DNA of 64,000 bases. Source: Bugula neritina. Lineage: Eukaryota; Animalia; Bryozoa. Location of the stretch: positions 6,291,751 through 6,355,750 of the forward strand of contig OZ037773.1 in the NCBI GenBank assembly GCA_964035545.1, given 5' to 3'. How positions within the stretch are numbered: position 1 is the first letter of the stretch; each line of letters starts with the position of its first letter. The translations under genes were made by a program, and so were the position numbers. A model generated the notes under the pieces. That model made no database searches, was not told the origin of the DNA, and was given only the letters and a program-made list of their open reading frames with translations. Shown here in pieces: positions 1 to 13,794 of this stretch.

Positions 1-404
1 ATAGTTTTATAATTTAATTACCCTGGACCTTATATTATACTAATTATTATTATCTCAGTAGCAAATATATAAACTATTAGTATTATAATTATTTTAAATG
101 AAGTTTACTTTTGCTTTTAGTAGTACTACTACTATTAGTAATGTTGTGACATATATTAGTAGTTAAAGACAATTATTAATTATGATTGTAGTTTTCTTAT
201 AGTGAAATAATGTCAATGTAAAGAAAGTAATAATTATGATATTTTCATAATAAATTGAAATTGCGACAGGATTATAATTATGTACATAAAAAAAACTTTA
301 AAATTTCCAAATAGGTCCAACACGCACATTATAATTATAATGGTTTCTTGACAAACGATAATGAGTTACATTTGTGTAAATTTTGTATCCAATTCTCTTT
401 TCAG

Positions 405-2912
405 AGTATGCATTCAAAGCAATTAATCAAGGGGGTCTTACATCTGTAGCCATACGTGGTGTTGATTGTGCAGTAGTAGCTACACAGAAAAAAGTTCCAG
501 ATAAGCTTCTTGACCCATCCACTGTGTCACATTTGTTTCAGTTGACTGACAGAGTGGGATGTGTCATGACGGGCATGCTGGGTAAGATTTTTGTTAGCAC
601 GGCTCTCTTATACCTTAACACTCCTTCACATACATCCTAAACTTGAAAGGTTTACTAGATACATTTTTATTCCCTGTTTTCATGAATGTTATGCTCCAAC
701 TCTCGTTATGTCTATGCTTGAGGAAAAACATTTTCCTTACAAAATGGTGAATACGCATTGTAGGTTCATCTTTGGTTTTTCATGTTTACAAAACTGTAGG
801 GGTTTTATTTTCATGAAATAGTATGATGTTCTAACAAATACGTTGTGTTTGATAGTTTAGATGCGTTTATGTGTTGTTTCACAGCTATCCTGCTTACCAG
901 ATTCAAAACGAACTCATGGTGTTCAGAATAATAAAATCATTTTTAAATTTATTATTGCTGTTTAATTTGCTTATGATGGTGTATAGTTGGTACATGGCCA
1001 TGTATAGTTAGTATATAGCCATGTATATAACTTCTATATAGCCATGTATAGTTAGTATAGGGCCATGTATAGTTTGCATATAGCCATGTATAGCTAGTAT
1101 ATGATTCTACAGCTGATAGCCGGTCACAAGCCCAGAGAGCAATCTATGAAGCAGGCAATTTCAAGTATAAGTTTGGGTACGACATGCCAGTAGATCAACT
1201 CTGCAAGAAGATAGCAGACATCTCTCAAGTGTACACACAGAGTGCCGAGATGAGACCCCTGGGGTGCTGTGAGTACTTTGTCTCACTGTGTAACTCAATC
1301 GGTTTCTACTAGCAGTTTTCAGTTACTGCATTGAATAAACTCCGTTTTGATTTTGTTGCATATTACAGTGTTATATTTGAACTATGGTTCCCCTGTGACA
1401 CTGTTTAGGTTAATATGTTTTTTTTTCTCTGTGATTATAAACAATTGACAAAAAGTTGATGTTCACCATATTGTTTATTAGGTGTTTTTCTGCATGCTCC
1501 TTTTCCATGTTAGATTCCCTGTACTACACCCCTTTCTCCCCTCTATTGTAGTATTAGCTCATACCCCCTCCTACTGCTGTATTGCACCCTTTTCTCCCCT
1601 TCTACTCTTGTATTACCTGTGTACACCTACTCTTCAGGTATGATACTAATAGCCATGGACGATGAGAACGGTCCCCAGGTGTACAGGTGTGACCCAGCAG
1701 GCTACTACTCTGGTTTCAAGGCCTGCTCTGCTGGAGTCAAACAACTCGAAGCAAACTCGTATCTCGAGAAGAAGCTGAAAAAGAAAAGTGATGGCTACAC
1801 GCAGGACGAAGCCGTTGATGTAAGCTTCTGCCTGATAGATTCAACTGTTTGGTTTCTAATTATACTTTCATTTTGCAGTTACTCAGCTTTGCTATGGAGA
1901 GTGATTTCTGTGGAGTTCAATGTTCAACTGGTCAATAACCAATCGTCTTCGACTCAATTTATCTCAATCCAATTCTTGCATCTTGATTCTTTATCTACAA
2001 TATGTCTGCCGGTATATATTCTGCAGATGGCTATAAGCTGCTTACAGACCATATTATCAGCTGATTTCAAAGCAGCAGACCTGGAAATTGGTATGGTTTC
2101 TGAGTCACAGCCTAAGTTTAGGTAAGTTGTTAGACCTACGGAGTTAGGATATTAGTATATAGTGTGCATACAGTTGTAAGGGTGCATGCCAGTCACATCA
2201 AATGTTTCAATGTGTTGATTTAAGAGCTCTGCACTGATTTTTTGTTCTCGACATCTAAGTATGTGAAGAACAGGAAATGAGAATATATACTCCATGGTGG
2301 AGTATAAAACATTATCTGTAATATGGCATTCATTGGCCGAAATATAAAAAGAAAGTTAAAAAACAGCACCAGAGCTTTTCTGTATAGTCTAGTAAACGAA
2401 TAACAGTGAAATTAGCAAGTCTAAAGTTATCTTCTAAATTTAATAAAATATTTAATTCACTATTGCACCTTTTTCTTTGATAATTTGATAGGAATTATTG
2501 CTAGCCTGTCAAAATGGAGTAGTTTGAGCGTTTTCTTTTGCGAAAATACTTTAAGCAGAACATTCCGATAGTTTTTCAAAACGTTTTTCTCCAGGAATAC
2601 GCCCAACATGGCGCACTTGCGCTAAAATAAAATAGTTGTGTTGTGTTCTTATTAACTAAGAATTCCAAAACTGCTCAGTTCAAGAAATCAGATATCTTAA
2701 ATTTTATTCACTTTTAATAGACTATGAAATAGTCGTAGAAATTTAGTTTGAGAGTACGATGCAAAAAATTGAAAATTTGCTCCAAATCTTTCCGACAAGG
2801 AATTTTCAGAATTTATGTGAGGAATTTCTTTCAGTTTAACATTTGTCGTTGTAGGAAGTTGACATCTGACGAGATTGATTTACATTTAACCAGAATAGCT
2901 GAAAAGGATTAG
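405..2912 (+). CDS. PSMA6: Proteasome subunit alpha type-6 (5'-partial; first coding exon lies upstream of the window)
   Basis: Exons 405-581, 1113-1268, 1638-1819, 2027-2121, 2855-2912, all GT-AG and phase-consistent. Translation [19 protein letters not shown]...[23 protein letters not shown]...[12 protein letters not shown]...[18 protein letters not shown]...[22 protein letters not shown] matches PSMA6 throughout. AATAAA at 3099-3104. Confidence 0.96.
980..1101. repeat. ~21-bp minisatellite (tagccatgtatagttagtata) just before a PSMA6 acceptor
   Basis: About 5-6 degenerate units ending ~10 nt before the AG at 1111-1112. Confidence 0.8.
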
Positions 2913-3473
2913 TCAAGGTTTCACTTCTTATATTTCTACCTATATGCTGAAAAACATTAGTAGCCAAGCATTCTTGTGAGAGAAGATGGTAAAAATTAGG
3001 CAGTCTCAAGTGTGTAAAAGAAAACAACCCCAATATTAGGGTTTTTACTAATTATTTTATGGCAGTAATGTTAATTACTATTATATTATGTATATTGAAA
3101 TAAATAGTTTTGTTCCAACACACAAGAGTATTCTGAGTATTACATGGTGTTATGCAGTCTGTAACTCAAAGAGGAGCTCTTCTAAGCAGTTTCTATACAA
3201 TGGAGTTCATACTTTGCTTAAATACTAAATACTCTCTACTTGCTACTCTTAGTAATATTACTCTCTAACACTAACATGTATAATAACAAAACAACACATT
3301 GGACTACTAGAGCATTGAGAATATAACAATCGTTTTGACTACAACTGACTATGAATTCTAATAAATAGATTATTATAAATGTTAATAAGTTTACTCTGTT
3401 ACTTATAACAATTGTTTGAAAATCACAATTTCTGAGGAATCTCCAAGTTTAGTATTAGTATTGGTTTGAGAGG

Positions 3474-6400
3474 TTACAGTTCGGTAACTTTCTCATCATT
3501 TCTGTTCTCTTGTGGTGACCGTTCTTCTTCACTGTGTCCACTTTCTTCATGTTTTACAGCTGAATCATGCTTTCCATCACTCAAATTTTCTCCAGCAGGC
3601 GCTGCATTTTGTAAAGCTTCATCTTCTGCGGAGTCTTGCTCATGAATATCTTCATCCTACATCAGAAATTATCATCTAACTCCAGTTTTAGTCACAAGAC
3701 GCATGATTTGTCAGCTAGATTTTGCCTACTGCAAGCTTCATTGCATCTATATTAACTTCTGTGTAGGCTGATATCATCAGTTATATCACAATAACTGCAC
3801 TGCAGAAGAAACAAACAGCAAATAACAAACATGCAGCTTGTGCTAAAGTTCCACTAATCATCAAGGACATAGCATTTACCATGATTATAATAAAACCTGT
3901 TAGCAAGCTATGGCAGCTTACCAATGTGTCAGGTGGCAGTTGTGGTGTGGCAGGTGCTGGTGTAGAAGCAGGTGCTGGTGTAGAAGCAGGTGCTGGTGTA
4001 GAAGCAGGTGCTGGTGTAGAGGCAGCTGCCGGTATGGACACTCCTATGTCTGTCTCCGACATCAAGGCAGCATCTCGTTGAGCTCTGTTTATGTTGATGT
4101 ACTCTTCATTTTGATACTGATGAGTGAGTGGGTATAGCAATGTCCTTCTTCTAGATGATTGCAGTGCCTGTGAGAAGTTTTTTATTCAGTATATCTTTTG
4201 ATTATGGATAGAAAATATTGAAGTTTTTACTTTATACTTTATATGACCATTCAAAAGTTTACAATAATTGTAGGTAACGAGATATATTACTGTTAAATTA
4301 TGACTAAATTTGTAAACATGCACGTATACATATAATTATGGTATATTGATAACAATGATATACATATTATATAGCTATGATGTCTCCGGTGACACACACT
4401 AAAGACCTAATTTATAACTGTGCAATAGTACAACGTTGGAGTTGTCAGCTCGTTAGACTCGCAGTGATTAGCTAACCACACATTATGTGAATGCACGTAC
4501 ACACAGTATTATTGTAACAGGTGCTTTTACAGTTTAGTGCAAGTGATAACTGTTACACACATGAAAATTACCTGCCCATGTAAAGTTTTCGCTGCTGCCT
4601 GTTATAAAATAAACAGTTTAGAAAGTAATGTGCAATTTAACCAATGCCTGGGGCCATAGGGGTGTTCACATCAAAAAGTTTACAAGCAGGCTATAAGCCT
4701 TATAAAAATGTTGAATGTTCAGTTTGTAGTGGCTACTCATTAATTTCTAACTATAATAGTTGTGTCACAGTGAGCTTAAGCATGTTAATAAAATGTTTAT
4801 AGAAACATGCAAAAAAAGCATACAAAACATATTTATCTGATATGATTGCTAACAGTAACATAACAACTAAATAGATTCTGTTATAAATTTAAAATGAATT
4901 TCTCAAACTGTGTTAATAACACTTGAGATTAACATGCTACAAATTGACTTAGCATTATAAATAAGATACATTGTAAAACTCTAAAATATCTGACATATGT
5001 GCCATATGCTGCTTTGGTGAAAATATAAATGTCATCAACACAATATAAGTTCAATTCAATCTTATTTGGGCTCATTTTAAAGCTAATTAATATTAACTCG
5101 ACGTTATTAGACTCGAAAGTGAATCGGTTAAACCTTCTTCAAGTAATGCATTGTAATATTTGACCAATGACCAATAGTAGTAAACAATAGTCTATGTTTA
5201 CCTTATTTTTAGCCAAATGTTTAAGGTACTGACTCCATTGGTACTTCCTGTATCCCCATCTGATTACGAGGATTCCAATCACTAAGAGGACAACTCCAGT
5301 TATACTAACTCCAACAATGATTCCAATGGTAGTCTGAGACAAACCCGTCGCACCTTCCCCTGATGCTATAATATATGACTATATATTTTACCTACATGGC
5401 CTTATTACTATAATATACTATAGTAGTAAATATTGTATATTATCAATATACTATGATAACATGATATTGTATTAATAAGCACACTACATAGTCTAAATAC
5501 ATTAAAATATAATACATTTCCATATACTCATAGTACTTATTTATAGTAATATTATGTATATATTATATTAATCATGCTTATAAATTGCAACTGTTGAATA
5601 GTTGAAATACGATAATAATATATTATTTGCTATCTTGTATTTTATCACCTACGAGTCACATGTTTAATGGGTTTGCTTTAGCAATGTTTAAAGTGAGACA
5701 GCTGTTTTAGTACTGAAATAAGCACAATTTTTTGGGACAGCTGTGATTGTAAAAAAGGTCATGAGTTTGAGTCCAGACCCTTTGGTGACATCAAGAAGAG
5801 CATCCAATCATAATTACTCGAGAGCCACAGTTAAAGACCTCTCACTATATAGTCAGCATGATAAGAGAAAAGTCTTTAGTATGGGAGGGGGGAGGTGGGG
5901 GGCTCACATAGAGATAAACATTTTAAACTAATGTGAGTTTTTGTGTAATTCAGACGTAGACTGCATTAGAATCGCAAAAAAAATCCTTCCATGTTCCAAA
6001 CAAAATTCAAGTGCCTTTGATGAAATAATCTGGGTGTGGAACACTGTATATAATTATTATATTGTCTTTCACATGTTGTATTTGCTCTTAATTTGAGTAT
6101 GAATTTGCAAAATCGTCCTTTAATGAAACTTATAGTGTGAAACTAATATATAGCTATAGAATAATATAAGAATTATATGAGTTGGAGCTCTAACCTGCAC
6201 ATATGCTTTCGTCACTACCACTCGGGCAGTGTTCATACCCGTCACATGTAGACGTGTCATCATCTATACAGATGTCGATTGTGTCACACAGTATTTCATC
6301 ATCAGCGCAGTTTGAACCTACAAGATAAATGAAAATCTAATTTAATACACAGATGGGAATATGTATATATAATCAATACTTTAATGTATAATGTATATAG

Positions 6401-8769
6401 TAGTAAAGAGCATAGTAATATTGTCAGTGCATGCATAATTTAAAAGGCCGGGACAGAAAATGTATCATTAGAAGATTTCAAATGCTTGGTTCAAATAAAA
6501 GTATGTCATTTAAATGATCATTATAAGTGTGAAATTAAAATAAAATATATTTAAGTTATTGTCTAGTGAAATAATACATTAATTAAGCTTGCTATAATAA
6601 TTTTCATAGTTGAATTAATAGTGATTGAATATGTTTGAATGTGGTAGTTGTATAAATATTTTGACATTGGATTGAACTCTTATAAATTCAGTACATAAAT
6701 TTGTTTAAATATGTGGAATAAGGCCCACACAGATAACCACCTTTATCTGCTTCAACAAAGGGATATTTCTTATATAGCAATATTCATATATCTAATTATT
6801 TATAATATTTATTGTATTTATATTATTATATTGTTTATTATTTAATAATGTAGAGAGAATTGTGCTATCATACTTGTGGATAAAATTTACTGTTTTGGGA
6901 AAAGTAATGAAAATCTTTTATTACTAAAATGTGACCTTCAGTAAAAGCGACGATGTAAGCAGCAAATCCTCTATCCTTGGCGCTCTCGTCTGAAAGAAAC
7001 TCAAATGTGATGTCTTCTCCAGATGTTCTGTATGTTGGTTCACCACTGAGTTCTCCACAGAGTTTGGATATCATTGCGGGACTAGTGGTATCAGCCCCGT
7101 CATACATGGAGAGATAGTCATAGCAAGTGTTGGACGACTCCTCCGTTATAAATCTCCTAAAACCATTTCATATCAACGTGTAGTCTTACATAATACCTAA
7201 AATTATACGAATGTTGTAATGTTGCATTTTATATAATCCTTATATTATATTATTGTGTCAGTGAAGTTGAAACTGCCAATTTTCTATATATAATACTATA
7301 AAGTCACAACTTCTGTAGGATAGTTTTTAATAACTTTTATAAAATTTATTTATTTCTAATAACATACATGCAGTACACATGTAGTAATACATTGTATTAA
7401 CTAGATAAAGCTGCAAGACAGACTGTATAACCATAACGCAACTATGTTTTTATATCTATGAAGTAAAAAACTGGGTATCATTCAATCAAGGACGAGCATT
7501 ATTTCTGATCATTGCCATGTCTTTGAGCTATACAACTTTATAATATATTATAATATTATATACATATTATATTATTTATATATCATTCATGTTTTGTCAA
7601 ATGTAACCCAAGTCAAGTATATGACAGTTGTTTTTGTATTCTTTAATCTACTGCCTGGCTACAGAATAAACAGTAAATAAAATGTTATATATATAATATT
7701 ATGTCAGAAGACACTATTTTCAATAGAATATATATGAATAACTTTATACTATATACATATTATGTCATGTTATATGCTATATCATTATATTATACCTACC
7801 ACATTACTAAGATTTTACCACATTATATTACTTGTATGTTAATTTAAACCATGCCATGCTACAGCTCATACCACGTATATTAGCATATATACCACATCAT
7901 ATTATTCTATATATTATTAAATTATTATTTCATACAATATACTATATTTTAACATATAAACTTACTTCATGACAACATAGAACTTTTTATTTGCTGGAGC
8001 CTTAAAACTGACAATGCAGTTGAGATTGTTGGGGTAGGTAAGAGCCCTAGATGTCTCCACAGAAGCGCTATGGATCTCTGCTAAGTCCACTGTAGTTCCA
8101 CATAGCTCATCCATGTAATCTGGTATAGGAGGTAATGCAGCAATTAATTGACGTGGTATATTAAACAGGAGATCGCTTGATGCAGCACAAAGCCCAAGAT
8201 CACAGAGGAGTAGTTGCCGACAGTCCCGAGTTTAGAGTTGAGGGTTTGGAGTTTGGATAATAATCTATATATAAACATTGCTCATGCTTAGTGCGATCTT
8301 TAACCTTGTGCTGCATCTAGCTGATTGAAGCCCATATTATATCATATTGTTGGATCTCAGTACAAGAAGTTCTGGTTTTAAAGTACTTTAACTAATAACA
8401 TAAATATCTTGGCATATAATAATTTTGAACTTCACTCACCAGATATAGAATTTAATATTTATTATGTTTTTAAAACCTTCTATGAATAACAATTGCTAAT
8501 TACATGTTCGATTGGTACTCTCTAGCTGTGGTATATATTCATAAAAGCTGATATAGGGGAAGTTCGTGACTATATGCTATCTCAAAAGATGTAAAAGTTT
8601 ACATCTTTAAACACAGGTTGAATTTTTTCACAAAAGTCAATTGATAAATTCAATTTTTTTGGAAAAAATGTTTTAAAGACCACTTACAGATGTCAAGAGT
8701 GGCATGGATCTTGTCTGCTGCAAGCACAGCTAAGAGCACCTGTGCTATAACCTGCCAGTAGTTCGACAT
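3474..8769 (-). CDS. CUB + LDL-receptor class A domain single-pass type I membrane protein (~399 aa)
   Basis: Exons 8769-8688 (signal peptide MSNYWQVIAQVLLAVLAA), 8119-7966 and 7156-6936 (CUB: YMDELCG...YPNNLNC...CYDYLSMYDG...LCG...FLSDESAKDRGF), 6317-6195 (LDLa, six Cys, CDGYEHCPSGSDESIC), 5365-5202 (TM IGIIVGVSITGVVLLVIGILVI), 4598-4572, 4167-3922, 3656-3474. Total 1200 nt, open frame, all GT-AG. Confidence 0.88.
3948..4022 (-). repeat. Coding 18-bp tandem repeat encoding (ASTPAP)x~4 in the CUB-LDLa cytoplasmic tail
   Basis: gcaggtgctggtgtagaa repeated ~4 times on the + strand. Confidence 0.85.
5740..5820 (+). mobile_element. Degenerate partial copy of the tRNA-derived SINE family
   Basis: tttggtgacatcaagaagagcatccaatcataatt matches the core of the copies at 16180, 18696 and 53550. 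Confidence 0.55.
8168..8326. mobile_element. MITE family B copy (termini GGGAAATCGCTAGAAGCAGCAC...GTGCTGCTTCTAGCGATTT-like)
   Basis: ggagatcgcttgatgcagcac ... gtgctgcatctagctgatt. Related copies at ~31851-31963, ~47257-48170 and ~56919-57052. Confidence 0.5.
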
Positions 8770-9654
8770 GCTGTTACTAGCACTGTACCGCAGTGTCATT
8801 TTAATCCACTGTGTCAGCCATAGTTTGAATTGCTAGGCTATTTATAAACAAACCAACATTGAAGTTAGCATTTGTTGATTTTTCGTAGCCTTTTGGCTCT
8901 GCATATTGCTCTTGCCATTGCGGGTTATGTATGGAGCTCTCGCCTACTTATTCATGTTTAGTTCACTCATGAATGTAAAATGGGTTCACATATTTGAATA
9001 GTATTCAAAGCTATTGAAAGTGGCATACACTGATTTACAATACAATCCTATAATGTGTAGTATAAATGCATGGTGTTTATTCAGTGAATGTGTTGAATCT
9101 TTCATATATAATATTATGTTATTATATGAACTGACTTGCTCTAACAAGGGTGCATAATTTCTCTGTATATCATGACCATAGAAAACTTTTACATGGGCTC
9201 ATCATATATCAGCTGACACAATTTTAAAGTAAATGGGCAATCAACCTTTACAATACTAGTATAAAAATTGAGTTGCAATTTTATGTAACGCTTGTCAGGA
9301 AAGAGAGAGCTGTGTTTCTTGTCATAAATGAGCACAGCAATGTTATTACCTTTTTCTAATTGAATCTAGACATTGCTTCTGATAAAAATAAAGTAGTTGC
9401 AAAATACCATTTATTATATTACGTAATTTATAATTTTATTTTACATTATATAACCATTGCGCAGTCCCTATAGTTTTATTAGTAGTTGTCTACCTTTTAA
9501 TTTTTTAACTGGGAAACTTATCGTTGCTATGCAGCTTCGGGTCAAGGACAACGCTCTGCAGGAAAAATTGAAATACTCACTTTGATCATTTACTGACTGA
9601 CTGTGTATTGAGTTTAGTGTAAATCTGATCTAACTCATCAACTACAGAATCCAA

Positions 9655-12600
9655 ATGAAGGTTGTATTGTTCTTATCTCCAGAGCTAGAACTAGCAGTGT
9701 CTGAAAGTGTTAGGAGTCACATAGATTGGGATTGTACAATTTATTCTACTGGGCCCAACAGAGTGGAATGGTAAGCTCAATTGAATTTGAATAGTCAAGA
9801 TAATAGAATAAAGATTACATTTATTTTTACTCATTACTGGTTATGATATATTAAACATTATGTTAAAAGTTTGCCTGTAAAAGTTAAAAGCAAATTTATT
9901 TCAAGTTTTGCTTCAAACCATCTTTGTAATTTTCCTAAACTAAGAACCTATATTATTTTTTCTGATGAGATAAATTTCCACATGACTATGTTTACTAATT
10001 TAAGTAGTCAACTGAGTTGAAATTTAATGCTTTTATTTAAAATCAGTATTTTATGTTTGAAACAGATACATTTTTAAATATGTCAATGTTCCAAAATTTT
10101 AATTTGAAGCATCTTTTACTCACACACCCGTTGAATACTTGTTTATTCTATTTTCAGATACCTAACACTTGTGGCTATCTTTTGCTGGTAGGCCTATAGT
10201 TAGTCCATAAAATCTGACCCAAGTTAATTAGAATAAATTGTAATAATAGTTTACATATAAGCTATAGTTTCAGTGTTACATAATAGTTTCATCTTCCTTG
10301 TAATGAAAATTGAAAATATTTGGATGTAAGTTAAAAACTATTGACTTAAAAGTAATCGGTTTTCCACTTTAATGTTAAGAGGATGTATGTATAAGCTGCA
10401 GTTACTACTCTTAATTCTATCTAAAACCTGTAGCTATAATATTTGAGGTTTTGTTTTGTTAGAAAGTTAGAAACTTTGCTTCTTGGATCTCCAACACATC
10501 TGCTTTTTATTTCTTTATTCTTTAAAGCAGTTGAAACTGTTATCAAAAGATTTTTCACAATTTACTTTCTTAATGCCCACTTTTTTGTTTAGCTATTCCT
10601 TAGTTTTTTGTTCTTCACAATATTTTTACTTTAAAAGTTTTCTAGAAGCACATCAGCTTGAACTACTTGTATAGTAGTAGATCATGAAAATGAACTTTAT
10701 TCCAAATATTTCAAGTTGCAATGGTTTAATTTATACGTTGTATATGGTCTACAACTACTAATAGCTGCTATATTTTGTCAAATGATTATGTCTATATTTG
10801 TTAGGTTAACTGATGTATCAAAGCTTACAGAAATTTTAAAGGGGGCAGACATCTGTTTTATTTCAACTACAACTGATTTTACAGCAGAAAAAAATGTCGA
10901 AGGTAAGTTAAATGTCATTGAGTGTGACAAAAATTGCACTAAATTTCTTCTTTACTAGAACTAACCAAAGCACTTCAACCTTAAATAAATTTGCTAAGTG
11001 CCTTCTATTCAATTTGTTAGCACATTTAAATTTAATTTAATTTGTAAGTTTTTCTCTTAGTTTGCTTTCAGTCAAAGTTAGCCAAGACAACATTATGCAA
11101 ATTCTTTAAAATCAGTTCTTTTTTTATCAAAATATATGAATTGTTGTTGCAGAGCACTTGAAAAGCTTTGAAATTATTTTAAAGATATTTGTATTCACCA
11201 TTTTTGCAGTGATAATTTCTCAATATAAGCTAAAAATTCATTTTAGTCAGTGAAGGGCTAGCCATTGCAGAAGCCTGCAAACGAGCCTGTGTGCCTAACG
11301 TCATTTTGTCTGCCCACATTCACTGTGAGAAGACCATTGGTGTTCCTGCTAAACACTATGATGCTAAGGCTGAGGTATATCAGTATATAAGGTGAGAGTG
11401 TTCTATACTTTCATGAATACTGTAGCAACAGTCTTACATAATATTTTGTGCTTTGATATCTCATATAACATAATTTCAATATACAAGTTTCATGTATTAT
11501 AAGTGAAGGGATAAAGCGTTTATAGTTGTGTAATAACCACTTCCAAATTATAACACTAGAAGCTGATGTAAACTTTTCACTTAATGTCATGAAAAAATTG
11601 AAACTATTACTAAGCTATTCATTCGAAATTGCGATTACCTGATGGCTATTCATATTCAATCTAATAATAAAATTTAAAGCATGTAGAATATAGTTTGCAT
11701 TTTTACTTTTTTTTAAGCCTGCATGGGCTACTCTCACTTCTTTATATATATGCTTTACTTTCAGAAACACATTGCAAATACCTGTGACAATGCTGAATAT
11801 CCCTCCACTCTATGAAATGTTTTTTGATTTTCTCTGCCCCAAGATCAATGCAGAAGGAAACTATGAGCTAGGTGAGTTAGCATCTGCAGGTTGTTCTTAG
11901 CCTATGGACTTTGCTTGCAAATTGATTTACCATTGCGGGCTATGCATGAAGTTCTCATCTACTTAATTATGATTTGTCAATACATGATCATTGACAATTA
12001 AAATTATTTTCAATTGTATTTATTGTATAACAGGTTATTCTGTACAGATGGTATAATGCGTTTATTGAAACTTGTGTAGTTGAAATTAGTGAGTAAGAAA
12101 AATAACATATAATTATATGCAGTGCTTAGATAATTGTTTAATACAAAATCATTAACTATAAAAGCTGTACGTCTCAATAAAGTGACCCATCAAAAAGTTG
12201 TAATAAGATCAAATATGTTTTTACAGCATTTACAAAACACAACAAAAAACAGTTTGATATATTATAGCCTTTTATTTTTGTTAAAAATTGTTTCTCACGG
12301 TTAATTAACATCACCAACCGATATAGTAATGATAATATTGTCTCTTTTTTAGATGACAACCTTAGCTGATGTGTTTTGCGTTTGTTGCAGTGTTTCCTGC
12401 AGTTGGCCCTGCCAGTATTGACTTCATCAGTCTCAAAGATGTTGGGAGTTGTCTCCTCACCATTTTAGAAAATCCAAAAGTATTTGAATCGAAGACAGTG
12501 GCGTTATCAGGAGATAAACTGACTGGGAAAATAGTTACTAAAATACTGAATGATGAGTTGTATCCAATGAAATTTGTTCAAAAGCAGGTATATATCTTGA

Positions 12601-13794
12601 AAATATTGGAAACCAACTGAGCCAATACGGCGATAATGGGCTTGCTTTATATTGCATAAAATGCTAAATTTAGTATTTTGATAGAAATTTCTTTTATTTC
12701 AATCTAACTAGATCGCTATTTGACCCACAAATTTTGATTAATGATCTATAACTATATTCTTCTAGAAAACAATTTGTTGAAAATTCGCAAAATGTGATTT
12801 CTGGCACACGTTAAAAATCTAAGGTGTATACAGCTTATTGAAAAATTCAATGGCATTTGTTTATTTTTAATTTTATAAATAAAATTGTGTTGTGTTGTGT
12901 TGAAAATTGCCTTGAATAATTTTACATAAGTGTTATACTCAAACCTAGTTAGTTACCTATAGTGACTTAATTTAGCTCAGTCTAGATATTGAATTCTAAT
13001 GGTGGTTGTATTTAGGTTTCAACTTGGTTTAATAGATGTTAAATTAGTGAAATATTCATAATTACTGTTTAATTCAGTTTTGACTCAATAAAATTTAATT
13101 TCTTTGATCTAAATGGCAACGTGTGCAGTTTATACTGTTCATAATTACTGTCTAATTTGGTTTCAAATAAGTAGAATGTGATTTTGCTGAGTTTGATAGT
13201 TTATAGTTTATACTAGTGCACCAGTTTCTTGTGCCTTAGGTCACTGTACAGCAGGTGAGAGAAAGGCCATTTGTTGGGTCCATAGACATTGCCAATATGT
13301 TTGAGCTCTTAGGCCGAGCAGACTTGAAGGCTAGCCCAAGTGGTAAGTTCTGTAAAGCAGTTCTACATCAAGTTTTGTAAAAATAAATGTATTCTATAAT
13401 TCCACATATAAGAAAAGGTTTTTAATGTTTGAAATTGCAGGCAGTGTAGATGTCGGTACTATAAATCAGAATAGCATTTGTAATATTGACTAGGGTTTGT
13501 TAATAATTATTATGTAATATATCTAACAATTGTATTAAAATATGTCTATTTGAGTATATAAAAATATTATAGAAGTTCTAACATAACCCATTATTAGATA
13601 TTTATACATTGGTTGGTTGTGATGAATAGTTGCATAATATATAAAATATACCATTTTTTTAATCTGTAGGAACCCGGGAGTTGTCTTCTCATGTGTTAGA
13701 TTTAAAAGCATGGGTGAGATTGAATAAAGACTTCCTAGTTAAAGCCAGTAATGAGAATACAGAAGCAGAAAAGCATTTTGTGATTGTAGTGTAA
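9655..13794 (+). CDS. NmrA-like family protein (NMRAL1/HSCARG-like atypical SDR), ~296 aa, divergent N-terminus
   Basis: Exons 9655-9770, 10805-10902, 11247-11391, 11765-11871, 12391-12587, 13240-13342, 13670-13794; 891 nt in frame. Motifs EVSEGLAIAEAC, HYDAKAEVYQYIR (cf. HFDGKGEVEEYFR), ISLKDVG, DIANMF, LDLKAWV. AATAAA at 13828-13833. The first exon is the least certain. Confidence 0.85.

Noticed and set aside
3881-4137. Plus-strand ORFs with GAGVEA and RCWCRS repeats
   Set aside because: Antisense shadows of the ASTPAP repeat in the CUB-LDLa gene.
9769-10187. Selenocysteine recoding of the junction TGA in the NmrA-like gene
   Set aside because: Skipping the 30-nt segment gives an intact frame, the added residues do not improve homology, and no SECIS was recognised.
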